From: Naegleria gruberi | Lineage: Eukaryota | Assembly (NCBI GenBank): GCA_000004985.1 | Contig: GG738846.1 | Strand: one strand, 5' to 3' | DNA: 64,000 nucleotides | Shown here: positions 55,262 through 64,000 of the stretch, piece after piece | Layout of the letters: each line of letters begins with the position of its first letter | Numbering within the stretch: position 1 is the stretch's first letter | The notes under the pieces: model-generated | Databases searched by the model: none | Seen by the model: only the letters and a program-made list of their open reading frames with translations | What the model was told of the DNA's origin: nothing | Made by a program: the position numbers and the translations under genes

Positions 55262-56443
55262 TTATTGCAATTGCTCAATGAGTCCTTGATTATATCCACA
55301 ATCACCTGTTGTACCTCCTTGTTTACCAGTTGAAACAATTTCAAATGTGAGTTTGATTGGCGAACCGTGTGCCAATAAGATGTTGTTTGAATAGTACTTG
55401 GCCCTTCTTCCGTCAGTCCATTCGACAGTAATGTCAAGAATTCCATCCCTAATAAAACCAGAGTATTTCTTCTCAATTTGAACTCCACTGTTCTTATTGG
55501 ATCCTCTGACATTGTCACCAGTTGGGTTGTCATCTACATCTATTAATACTTCCCACCCAGGTACTTCTGAATTGGTACCTTTTCCTTGGAATTTGGTCCA
55601 AACAGTTTTACCATAAAATCTGAATTTTCTTGTGATGACTTGTTGGACTGGTGGCATGACAAGAGGTTGTGATGGCATTGGCATTGGGTTATATTGGAAT
55701 TCACCGACTGAGTAAGGTGGAGGTGGTGGTAAAATAGAGACAGGAACTACATTTGGTGGAGGTTGATTCATCATGGTTTGCAATTTTTGTTGATATTGTA
55801 AATTAATTTCCTTTTCTTTTGCTAATTCCGAATTGAGCGAATCAATTTGTCTCAACATTACTTCAATATTTTGCTTTGATTGTTGATTTTCAGCAACCAA
55901 TTGCTTATTCATAGAGACTAATCCCTCTGAATCAATTTGGCTTCTCTTCATTAATTGTTTAATTTCCTCCCTCTCGAAGAGACACTGTTCAGCCTTGTGT
56001 TTTTCCATTTGCAAACCATTGCCCTCAAATTTGCATCCATAAACACAATTCTCACATTTTAATCTTCTTCCCTTACATTCCTTTTCAACGTGATCCCAAT
56101 AGTTACATCTCTTAATTGTCTTCTCGCAACAACCATTGTCATTATTAGGACAAGTAACTTCCAAATTATTGACCACTCTATTTACAAAATTATTAAATAA
56201 GAACGCTTCGAATCCAACCGGAAGTTCCTTAGCATCGAGCCCACATTTTGGACAACAACTACAACCAGCTTCCTTCATCCATTTATCCAAACAATCAAAA
56301 CAAAACATGGATCCACATTTTCTGCACTCTCTATTGTTATTTAAAAAATCAGAGCAAATTTGACATTGAAGCATTACCCCGATATTCTCAGCGGTAGAAG
56401 AGTTGTACAAGACCTTGTCCTTAGGTACAGCACGTGTAGCCAT
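55262..56443 (-). CDS. TRAF-like E3 ligase-type protein: N-terminal RING finger, TRAF-type zinc fingers, a coiled coil and a C-terminal beta-rich domain
   Basis: The start is MATRAV.... The RING is CQICSDFLNNNRECRKCGSMFCFDCLDKWMKEAGCSCCPKCG. The TRAF-type Zn fingers are CPNNDNGCCEKTIKRCNYWDHVEKECKGRRLKCENCVYGCKFEGNGLQMEKHKAEQC. A Q/E-rich coiled coil follows. Coordinates are from the ORF track. Confidence 0.7.
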   Translation of the reverse strand: MATRAVPKDKVLYNSSTAENIGVMLQCQICSDFLNNNRECRKCGSMFCFDCLDKWMKEAGCSCCPKCGLDAKELPVGFEAFLFNNFVNRVVNNLEVTCPNNDNGCCEKTIKRCNYWDHVEKECKGRRLKCENCVYGCKFEGNGLQMEKHKAEQCLFEREEIKQLMKRSQIDSEGLVSMNKQLVAENQQSKQNIEVMLRQIDSLNSELAKEKEINLQYQQKLQTMMNQPPPNVVPVSILPPPPPYSVGEFQYNPMPMPSQPLVMPPVQQVITRKFRFYGKTVWTKFQGKGTNSEVPGWEVLIDVDDNPTGDNVRGSNKNSGVQIEKKYSGFIRDGILDITVEWTDGRRAKYYSNNILLAHGSPIKLTFEIVSTGKQGGTTGDCGYNQGLIEQLQ

Positions 56444-56638
56444 TTTTTATTGTATTAAGGAAGAAAACACAGAATTTTTTACTGCAAATGAAGAGAATTG
56501 GCGCTCTTGTCTATACACGTCAAATTCCCTGTTCACTGTGATTACAATCACAACGTCTTTCTCAAGATACAGCAATTGATTGTAAGTTAAATAATATTGC
56601 TACCACACGTACAGTTACATTTGTTTATTCAATCTTTT

Positions 56639-59200
56639 CTATTCCAGAATGATGAGATCATTTTGATTACACAACGAGGTCAAATCAAATGATTCACCCA
56701 CTAGTTGTTTTTGGATGGCAACAAGTGGCTCCATAGAATGTATTCTGGCAAACATAATTTCCTCAACTTGATGAGTAAATGTATAGTGTTGCTGTTGACA
56801 AGCATTCTTTCCTGTTAGAATTTCTACAACAACAGATGATGTTGGACTTGGTCTTACTGCTGTGTTCAAATCATTGTAACCAATATTCGTGAATTGATTA
56901 CAAAAGTGTGCAATATCCCTCTCTCTAATTTCCTTAATGATGCAAATAATAGGTTCTTTAGAATCGCGTTCATGTAATTTCACATAATTGCCCTCTTCAA
57001 ATATCTTTCCATTAAAATCTGCAGCAGTAAATCTGACATGGAATGGATTTTTCATTCTTACTGATTTGATTCTTCTCTCTCTCTTCATCTCCAAGTCTGA
57101 CAACTGAGCCAACTCGTTAGGAATGGCAAACAAGCTCTGTACCGATGCATCTTCTATTTCCTTAAAATCAAAATTCTTGAACACATAATCTGAATAATAG
57201 TGTTTTTTGGAACGTTTCTTTTTGGTAGTAAAAGTTTCCAAATTTCCAATGAATATCTTGTGATTGATGGAGGACAAATCAACTCGAATAGTTTTGGACG
57301 TGGCATTCAATTTTTTAGGATTGTTTGCATCTGGAATATATTCAGTGCCCAACATTTCCTTACTCTCTGTAACATAGTCCTTATAGTACAATTGATCAAT
57401 ACGAAGAAATTTTGAAGAATCTGTGAAGGGTCCAGAAACTGTCACAACATCTCCCACAAAGTACTGATCCAATTTCCATTCAGAAGAGTCTTCATATTTT
57501 CTCTTCCCACACAAGATCTTTTGTTTGGACAAACGTACAAAACATGTTTTTTGTTGATTGCTCTTTTCTTGCTTGAGGAAATAGTCACCTGTTGTTAGAT
57601 TGGACAAATCATCAAAGGTGGATTTTGGCTCGTCAATCATACTGGTATTGAATTGTTGAAGTGAAGTATTCATGAAGGAGGTTGAGAAGGAACGTTCCAG
57701 CTTGTCCAATTTAATCTTCTTATGGGAAGTATTCATTACTAGTGAGGTATTCAGAGCAATATTACTGGAATTGAGTCTTTTACTTGCTGCTGAGGATGAG
57801 ATTTGTTTCTTCTTTGCAGATTGTGTTCGAATGTCGAGAACGCTTGCATTTGTATCCTGTATAATGAGTGAATCATCTTGTTGTTTCACATTGGAGAACC
57901 ATTTCGAAGCCAGATTATTCGAAGAATCAAATATCCTTCTAGACCTGGCGGGATTTGGAATGACTGAAGGTGTAGGTGTAGGTGTATAGAAAGGAGAAGT
58001 TAGGGAATCATCCAAACTGGCGACCAATGGTGGAATGATGAGATTTGGCTTCCTTGACTTGTTGGTTGGATTTTCTGGAAGTTTTGTAATTTTCAAATCC
58101 TCAAAGTTATACTCTGATGATATGATCATTTGAATGACAGAGTCCTTATTCAGAATTGGGACCTTCTTAATATTAAAGTAATCTAAACGTTGTTTGCTAA
58201 TTTCTGATGTATCCCTCACAAGAACAAAATTCCTACTGCCTTGTCCATGTTTTGAAGAGTAGGTGGCAATGTCACCAACAGTGGCACCACCCGACTCGAG
58301 AACCTTCTTCCACGAATCGATAAATTTCACATCACTACAATTAATCTTTACAGAAACGCCATAGAGTGGTCGTTTCTCTTTTGGTAACATTTGGAATGTT
58401 GGATTGAATAGTTGAGCTTCCTCTCTAAATATACCATCAGTTGTTGTAAAAGATCCTCTAGCTAGCAAGTACTTATCCACATCTGTTGTAATTATCGATT
58501 TTTGATTCAAGCTGTCAATAATCCACTCCTTTTTTAAAAGTGGAATATTTAACATGAGAGCTGCCAAATAACTTGGTCTTGGTTTTGGGCTATCAGAAAT
58601 GAGAACCAGCTTGTCATTCGCCAATTCATTCAATCCCTCAGAGTACCAAGCAAAGTCTTTTTTAATACTTGCCATCTTGCCACCATTATCCTTGACAAGT
58701 TTAGAATATTGCTCCCTTTCTTCTGGTGTAAAATCAGGAGCAATGATGTAAAAACCAGTGAATAAGCCACAAGGGGTTTCATCCATATCCTGACTACTAC
58801 TGCTATAGATAATATCCAAATCATTATCCTTTAGCATTACAGATTCCTCCAAGACTTGGGATGATTCCTTTCTGATGGATCTTCTTCTCCTAGCTACTGT
58901 TCTCTTATTTGTTCTTGAACGGTAGCAGAAGCTTTCACATAAATCATCAGAAGATCCATGTGATGATGATGATGATTGGGTATTGCTACCCTGTGATGAT
59001 GAGGCTGATGATGAATAATAGTCCAACTTCTCAAGAGTTTGTTTAATTTCTTCATTATCAGAATCATCACCACTATTACCGAATAATATTGGTGAAGAGG
59101 GATCATCAATGATGGTTTTTGCTATTGGTGACGCAAATATTGGAGAGGCTGGTTCAATAGGTTCCAACATTGGATCTATTGGCTCATAGTCTTCGAACAT
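56639..59200 (-). CDS. BRCT-domain protein (853 aa) with an acidic N-terminus, a Ser-rich linker and a C-terminal roughly 300-aa region with tentative BAH/Tudor-like character. It is probably a DNA-damage or chromatin factor.
   Basis: The BRCT-like block is FTGFYIIAPDFTPEEREQYSKLVKDNGGKMASIKKDFAWYSEGLNELANDKLVLISDSPKPRPSYLAALMLNIPLLKKEWIIDSL. The C-terminal domain is not confidently assigned. Confidence 0.55.
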   Translation of the reverse strand: MFEDYEPIDPMLEPIEPASPIFASPIAKTIIDDPSSPILFGNSGDDSDNEEIKQTLEKLDYYSSSASSSQGSNTQSSSSSHGSSDDLCESFCYRSRTNKRTVARRRRSIRKESSQVLEESVMLKDNDLDIIYSSSSQDMDETPCGLFTGFYIIAPDFTPEEREQYSKLVKDNGGKMASIKKDFAWYSEGLNELANDKLVLISDSPKPRPSYLAALMLNIPLLKKEWIIDSLNQKSIITTDVDKYLLARGSFTTTDGIFREEAQLFNPTFQMLPKEKRPLYGVSVKINCSDVKFIDSWKKVLESGGATVGDIATYSSKHGQGSRNFVLVRDTSEISKQRLDYFNIKKVPILNKDSVIQMIISSEYNFEDLKITKLPENPTNKSRKPNLIIPPLVASLDDSLTSPFYTPTPTPSVIPNPARSRRIFDSSNNLASKWFSNVKQQDDSLIIQDTNASVLDIRTQSAKKKQISSSAASKRLNSSNIALNTSLVMNTSHKKIKLDKLERSFSTSFMNTSLQQFNTSMIDEPKSTFDDLSNLTTGDYFLKQEKSNQQKTCFVRLSKQKILCGKRKYEDSSEWKLDQYFVGDVVTVSGPFTDSSKFLRIDQLYYKDYVTESKEMLGTEYIPDANNPKKLNATSKTIRVDLSSINHKIFIGNLETFTTKKKRSKKHYYSDYVFKNFDFKEIEDASVQSLFAIPNELAQLSDLEMKRERRIKSVRMKNPFHVRFTAADFNGKIFEEGNYVKLHERDSKEPIICIIKEIRERDIAHFCNQFTNIGYNDLNTAVRPSPTSSVVVEILTGKNACQQQHYTFTHQVEEIMFARIHSMEPLVAIQKQLVGESFDLTSLCNQNDLIILE

Positions 59201-59441
59201 TTTTTTTGTTTTTAACAGACAATTAAAGCGGGAATTATTCTTTCCAAAGAAGTTGTTATGTGGGGTAATGTGATGGCAATGTTATACTAGTAACAGGGCC
59301 AACACAGTTTTAAATTAAAATTAATAAGAAACGTAATCCAGTATGTGGGTGAAGAAAGTGAAATAAATTACCATCATTGCAAGAGTAATAATAATTATAA
59401 ATTATCATCAAAGACGTTAAATATTTTTGAAGTTAGAAAAA

Positions 59442-59948
59442 ATGGACGGAAACAATTATTACTCTCCAACAGCACAATCACCAGGTGCTACCTATGCTTC
59501 GCCACACTATGTATCACCATCATCATATACACCAGGTGGTGTACCAATGTCTCCTAATGCCACATCTAATCCTTTCCAACCTTCATCTCACCAACAACAA
59601 TTGCAAGAAAGCTTGCCATCTTTGAATCAACCATCTAGTACTACTGCTAAGCGTGAAAAAACTGTAGCTGTTGTTTATATTTGCGGACATTGTGCTGTTT
59701 TGAACACTATTAAACAAGGTGATGCTATCCGTTGTAAGAATTGTGGTTATCGTATCATGTACAAACAAAGAACGACGAGAAGTAAGTGTTATTTGTGTTT
59801 TGTATGATGACTAATTTGATTGTTATTGTTTTGTTGAAAAATAACGTTGTTTGGATTGATTTAAAACTATTTCTAAATGTAATGAATTTTATTGTGGAAT
59901 TTTATGGAAATTATAACAAAATTAGAGATCCAATTTGAAGCTAGATAA
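59442..59948 (+). CDS. RPB12: RNA polymerase I/II/III common subunit RPABC4 (Rpb12/Rpc10) with an unusual roughly 60-aa Tyr/Ser/Pro-rich N-terminal extension. Two exons: 59442-59781 and 59926-59948.
   Basis: The zinc ribbon is [43 protein letters not shown] donor, a 144-nt intron and an aaattag acceptor lead to K-IQFEAR*, matching the conserved Rpb12 C-terminus (yeast ...RTKRMIQFDAR). The N-terminus [27 protein letters not shown] resembles Pol II CTD heptads. Confidence 0.75.
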
Positions 59949-59984
59949 ATTATTGTAAATAAATTATTAATTTAGAATTAATTT

Positions 59985-62261
59985 TTATTTCTTTTTAAAG
60001 AGCGAGAAGGTTGACTTTTTGTTATTGGAATGAGTTTCCTTTGGATTGGCACCTTCTTTCGATTTGATAACACTGGATGGAGATGATTGCTCACTTCTAG
60101 GAATAATAGTTGTCAAATAATTGAAAACTTTGCGATTTCTGATGAATGAATTCATTTGTGACATGAATTTCAGAGCAATTTGATGATCCTTGGAGTTGGA
60201 CTTGACAATAATAGTGGAAAGATATAATTTTGGTGTCACTTGACACAAGTAGTAGGTGGTCAGGGTTTTTGGATCTGAAAAGTAGAAGGCCTCTTCTGAA
60301 ACTTCCAAGTCAGCACTATTTTCCATAATGAGGGAGAGTATGTTTGGCCAATAGGTGTACATAAGAGTTTGCTTTGAGATTTTGTTTTCATCTTGTGTTT
60401 GAGGATAGTGAAAGATGCATGGGTAGAGTTTGATACCACTTAGAGTAATATCATCCGGATTCTCTAAATTTCTCAACCTTAACATGTATCCCTTCTCTGG
60501 GTCAGTTTCTAATATAGGTGATGTATCTAAATTGTCATGGGATGCATTGTAAATCAAACAAACTGTTTCAGGTTTGATAATTTCATTAAATGATTTTATC
60601 CATTGGATATAGTCCACTGCAAGTGTTGGCGACATGTTTGAAGCCATAGATTGGTTATTTTGGTTTGAAGTCATTTGACTAGATTGATTATTGACGATAT
60701 CATGGAAAATTAGAGTGAACTTTGATTGACTGAATCCAAAAATCATGGTCATCCATTTGTATAAATTTGTCCTGCTTAAATTATTCATAGTTTGGCCATT
60801 TGTATGGTTCATATTATTGTTCAAATTAATTCCATTATTTGATAATAAATTTTGGGAAGAGGAATTGAGTTGATTGGAGGAAATATTGCCAGTTGAAGAG
60901 GAGTGAAATTTTTCATTGTTAATTTGTAAATGTTGTTGTTGCTGGTGTTGCTGTTGTTGGTCATTTTGGTGATGAACTAGCAAATTGTCTTCACTCAATG
61001 ATCGACTTAATGTACTACTTGTGGTAATAGTATTACTACTTGCAGGTATTGAAATATTCGAGCTCTGGGGTGTATTAATATTGGATTGTGGGTTGAGAGT
61101 ATTGGAAGATGGTTGTCGTGCAATAAATAGCTGATTCCATTGTTTGAATAGACTTTTAGTCCTCCATAGTGTAAAAACAGATTCCTTATATTTGTAATTA
61201 CAAATATTGTATTCACATTCGAATAGAGATGTCAAGGTATTCAATTCCATGTTAATACTTTGGACAATTTTCTCGAAAAATGTATGATTAATTCTATTGA
61301 TATATTTAGATTTCAAACTATTGATAATTCTGACATAGTTATCATATTTTGGTGGATGTTTGTATCTGGAGAGAATTCTATAAAATGCAATAATTTCCAA
61401 TCTCAATTGAATAAGTACTCTAAAGTCCTTAATCAATTGTTTGCTCAATATAAATTCCTTATCAATCAGATTCAAATTATATTTTTGAACACCATTTGTT
61501 GGTTGAAGTACTTGTTTGTAATAAATATAATCAATATTTGCACTCGGATTACTATTCATTGATGGTGAATTATTATTTTGGTCCATCATCATCATCATCA
61601 TGAGTAAATGGTCACTCGATTGATGGTCATGATTATTGTAAATTGAACTGTCCACATTATTATTGTTATTATTGGTAAATTCATACGGAGCATTCATAGA
61701 AATTAGAGACAAATTACTCGATAAAAGTGAATAAAGGGAATGCAAATCTTGTTTTTCATTTGGTGAATAATTAGCATCATAATATAAAGTCTCGCATTGA
61801 ATAAATCTCCTCAGGCATCCAATAATTTCATCCTCTATTTGTTTATACTTTGAATTCCGATTGACAATTTGGGAATTTTGATTTGTTGAATTTTTAATCA
61901 AATGGTTGGCTTGAGAAAAATCCAATTGAGACATGTAGTGAAAATACAAGTAAATATTTCCATACTCGGAATTATTTTCAATATTATTATTATTAACACC
62001 TAAATTGAGTTGTGTTGACGATGTTGACGTTATTGATGAAGATGAAGAATTGTGACTCATACTACCCTGTGTACCAGTCGTTGATATAAAATGATGAAAA
62101 AATCGTTTTGATTGTTGTTCATATTGTTGATCAAGAGTTGAAGAATAGGCTACAGAGGATGTAGAATTAGATGAAATGGACGATTGTGGAGTGGAAACAT
62201 TGGAATGTTGGTGGTGATGATTCGGAGTTGTGGGTGTTGGTGGATGATTGTTATTATTCAT
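59985..62261 (-). CDS. Asn/Gln/Ser-rich hypothetical protein (758 aa) with a structured C-terminal roughly 250-aa region; unassigned
   Basis: ATG-initiated ORF MNNNNHPPTPTTPNHHHQHS... containing poly-N, poly-Q (QQQQHQQQQH) and poly-M (MMMMMMD) runs. Confidence 0.5.
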   Translation of the reverse strand: MNNNNHPPTPTTPNHHHQHSNVSTPQSSISSNSTSSVAYSSTLDQQYEQQSKRFFHHFISTTGTQGSMSHNSSSSSITSTSSTQLNLGVNNNNIENNSEYGNIYLYFHYMSQLDFSQANHLIKNSTNQNSQIVNRNSKYKQIEDEIIGCLRRFIQCETLYYDANYSPNEKQDLHSLYSLLSSNLSLISMNAPYEFTNNNNNNVDSSIYNNHDHQSSDHLLMMMMMMDQNNNSPSMNSNPSANIDYIYYKQVLQPTNGVQKYNLNLIDKEFILSKQLIKDFRVLIQLRLEIIAFYRILSRYKHPPKYDNYVRIINSLKSKYINRINHTFFEKIVQSINMELNTLTSLFECEYNICNYKYKESVFTLWRTKSLFKQWNQLFIARQPSSNTLNPQSNINTPQSSNISIPASSNTITTSSTLSRSLSEDNLLVHHQNDQQQQHQQQQHLQINNEKFHSSSTGNISSNQLNSSSQNLLSNNGINLNNNMNHTNGQTMNNLSRTNLYKWMTMIFGFSQSKFTLIFHDIVNNQSSQMTSNQNNQSMASNMSPTLAVDYIQWIKSFNEIIKPETVCLIYNASHDNLDTSPILETDPEKGYMLRLRNLENPDDITLSGIKLYPCIFHYPQTQDENKISKQTLMYTYWPNILSLIMENSADLEVSEEAFYFSDPKTLTTYYLCQVTPKLYLSTIIVKSNSKDHQIALKFMSQMNSFIRNRKVFNYLTTIIPRSEQSSPSSVIKSKEGANPKETHSNNKKSTFSLFKKK

Positions 62262-62427
62262 TTTTTAAAAAAAACAAAACCAATTCAAAAAAATTGTTTC
62301 TTTCTTTCAATTCATAGTTTTTATTTCATATCATTTTAAAGGAACAATTTCATAAAGAAAACATTAAAAATTGAGAGGATTAAAAATTGATAAGAAATAA
62401 ATTAAAATTGGATTAAAAAAACTTGAT

Positions 62428-62889
62428 ATGGAAGAACAATTGCCGAAAAGCTATGACGTATTTTCAAAAGAATACCACGTGGAGGATTATAATTTATATT
62501 TAATTTATTTGGATATTGTTTATAACAAAAAGTTACCGAAACATGATTTTAATGAAGTGATTGGTATCAAACAGTGTAATATTCAAATTATGATGGATAT
62601 TTGTTCATTAAATTACATGGTATGCAGAATGACTCTGCCCATCACTACAAACATAGATGAAAATATGAAAATTACAGATGTTGATTTTTCACAAATTCAC
62701 TCTTTGGATGAAATCAAGTGCGAAATGAAGAGCTTTTCATTTGTTCCAATACCTATTCATATGAAATTATCTTTTCATCAATATCATTCAATTGTGAAAG
62801 AAATCAAGAAGGAAAATTCAGAAATTGATTCTATTGTCATTACATTTGTAGATGGTGATGGTACTTTATTGTATTATCAAATGAATTAA
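62428..62889 (+). CDS. Small hypothetical protein (153 aa), unassigned
   Basis: ATG-initiated ORF MEEQLPKSYDVFSKEYHVEDYNLYLIYLDIVYNKK.... Its TAA stop (62887-62889) overlaps the stop of the convergent gene. Confidence 0.45.
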   Translation: MEEQLPKSYDVFSKEYHVEDYNLYLIYLDIVYNKKLPKHDFNEVIGIKQCNIQIMMDICSLNYMVCRMTLPITTNIDENMKITDVDFSQIHSLDEIKCEMKSFSFVPIPIHMKLSFHQYHSIVKEIKKENSEIDSIVITFVDGDGTLLYYQMN

Positions 62890-64000
62890 TTGACATCTCC
62901 ATGGTAAATGACATTCAAGCATACAGAAATAGAGCCACTCGGGTCTGTAGCAAAACCAAACTTGTTAAGAAAGTGCTGTTCAAACCCATTAGGAATTGCA
63001 GTATATGATAAATCTCTCAACTCTGTTGAACCTCCAACAAATGAGCTTCTGAGATTATTTCGAATTGAACCGGTTGGTTTCCACGTATTTACAGTATAAT
63101 TGTGATAGCCAGGAGTTGATGGAAGAGCAATGAAGCCATATCCCTCAACTCGATATCTATCCCAAAAGTCTTTTGAGGTGACCTGGAAGAATAATTTAGG
63201 CATTGGTGTTATATTACTACATAGGCAATTAAAATTGAAAGGGAAGGAAAAGTTGGCTTCATAATAACTCTCGTATTCTTTGGTGATTTCTACAGCAGTT
63301 CCCATCTGTGTGGAGGTAATTAGTTTCTGTGACATTGGATCTTCAAAAACAAAATTAGAAGGCATATCAAGATAGTATCGAATATAGTACTTTTCAGAGT
63401 CGAAATCTCGCCCTGAAAGAATATTTCCTGAAATTGAAACACGTATTCTCTTATCTTTAGGTGGGTGATTAAATTCCATACCTACTAAATTTCTTTTCAT
63501 GAGAAGTGATCTTTCTTGAAGCTGTTTAAGAATTTTCTTTCTCATCTCATCTACCTTTGTATCCTTTTTGTAATCATTGTAGAGTGAAATGGTATATTCA
63601 TATACAGCTCCATCGTCAGTTCTGAAAATGTATCTATTTTCCTTTGGTTTTAACAAGAGATCAATATCACCAATTTCATTTTGATATCGTTTCAAAAAAT
63701 CGCTGGTTGGTTCCTCTTTTTGATTCTCTAATGGTTTCACAGAAAATCCTGGTTTCATTAAGAAACTCCCATCTGGTAATGATTGAATTATACATATTGG
63801 ATATTCCTTTCCTTTCCATGCACCATTCTGCATATCTCCCACACTTGTCATTATGTACATTGTTTGGGATTTTGAGCTTAGTGGTTTTTTTGCATTTTTA
63901 AATATTGGGTATGGAGTTTCAGAAGAGCAAGCTATTGACTGATGGACATTATCAGTTTCAAAGTCATCAATTTCTACATAAGTGAATAGTTTGTGTTGAA
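62886..64000 (-). CDS. MKS1: MKS1-like B9-domain ciliary transition-zone protein. The C-terminal part and stop are in the window; the N-terminus runs off the window end.
   Basis: The B9 domain is PKLFFQVTSKDFWDRYRVEGYGFIALPSTPGYHNYTVNTWKPTGSIRNNLRSSFVGGSTELRDLSYTAIPNGF. Compare B9D2 [61 protein letters not shown]. The reading frame stays open upstream of 63860 to position 64000 (...IDDFETDNVHQSIACSSETPYPIFKNAKKPLSSKSQTMYIM...). This N-terminal extension favours MKS1 over B9D1/B9D2. Confidence 0.75.
   Translation of the reverse strand, partial: QHKLFTYVEIDDFETDNVHQSIACSSETPYPIFKNAKKPLSSKSQTMYIMTSVGDMQNGAWKGKEYPICIIQSLPDGSFLMKPGFSVKPLENQKEEPTSDFLKRYQNEIGDIDLLLKPKENRYIFRTDDGAVYEYTISLYNDYKKDTKVDEMRKKILKQLQERSLLMKRNLVGMEFNHPPKDKRIRVSISGNILSGRDFDSEKYYIRYYLDMPSNFVFEDPMSQKLITSTQMGTAVEITKEYESYYEANFSFPFNFNCLCSNITPMPKLFFQVTSKDFWDRYRVEGYGFIALPSTPGYHNYTVNTWKPTGSIRNNLRSSFVGGSTELRDLSYTAIPNGFEQHFLNKFGFATDPSGSISVCLNVIYHGDVN

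Overview
This window is a gene-dense eukaryotic nuclear segment of roughly 33% GC, with about 28 protein genes on both strands and one tRNA. I found no prokaryotic features (operons, CRISPR arrays, insertion sequences, phage genes).

The supplied ORF track marks M at TTG/GTG/CTG codons, so I moved gene starts to the first plausible ATG. All splice coordinates were worked out by hand and are approximate (±2 nt).

Most genes are single long ORFs (up to 6.7 kb); a minority carry short GTAAGT...AG introns of 43-250 nt. Coding sequence is rich in poly-N/poly-Q (CAA/AAT runs), and several neighbouring genes sit tail-to-tail with almost no intergenic DNA.

Genes I recognise are:
- a Sey1/RHD3 GTPase (partial),
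- an importin-beta family receptor,
- a 9-exon cathepsin B-like protease,
- a giant repetitive EGF-rich GPI-type surface protein,
- a multi-exon Piezo mechanosensitive channel of about 10 kb,
- two further EGF-repeat surface proteins, one carrying an ice-binding-like (DUF3494) beta-helix domain,
- tRNA-Arg(UCU),
- an N-myristoylated class I cyclic-nucleotide phosphodiesterase,
- a VWA protein,
- a receptor-type nucleotidyl-cyclase-like protein with degenerate catalytic residues,
- a SHAQKYF-class Myb factor,
- a tandem antistasin-like protease inhibitor,
- a TRAF-like RING protein,
- a BRCT protein,
- RNA polymerase subunit Rpb12/RPABC4 with an unusual CTD-like N-terminal extension,
- a B9/MKS1-like ciliary transition-zone protein (partial).

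The B9 gene implies a ciliated or flagellated AT-rich protist (an amoeboflagellate is plausible); it argues against a dictyostelid despite the Dictyostelium-like composition.

The most interesting region is 14.7-37.8 kb. There, three paralogous EGF/beta-sandwich surface proteins flank the Piezo gene. One of them embeds a bacterial-type ice-binding-like domain, and a tRNA sits in the shared divergent promoter of two of them.
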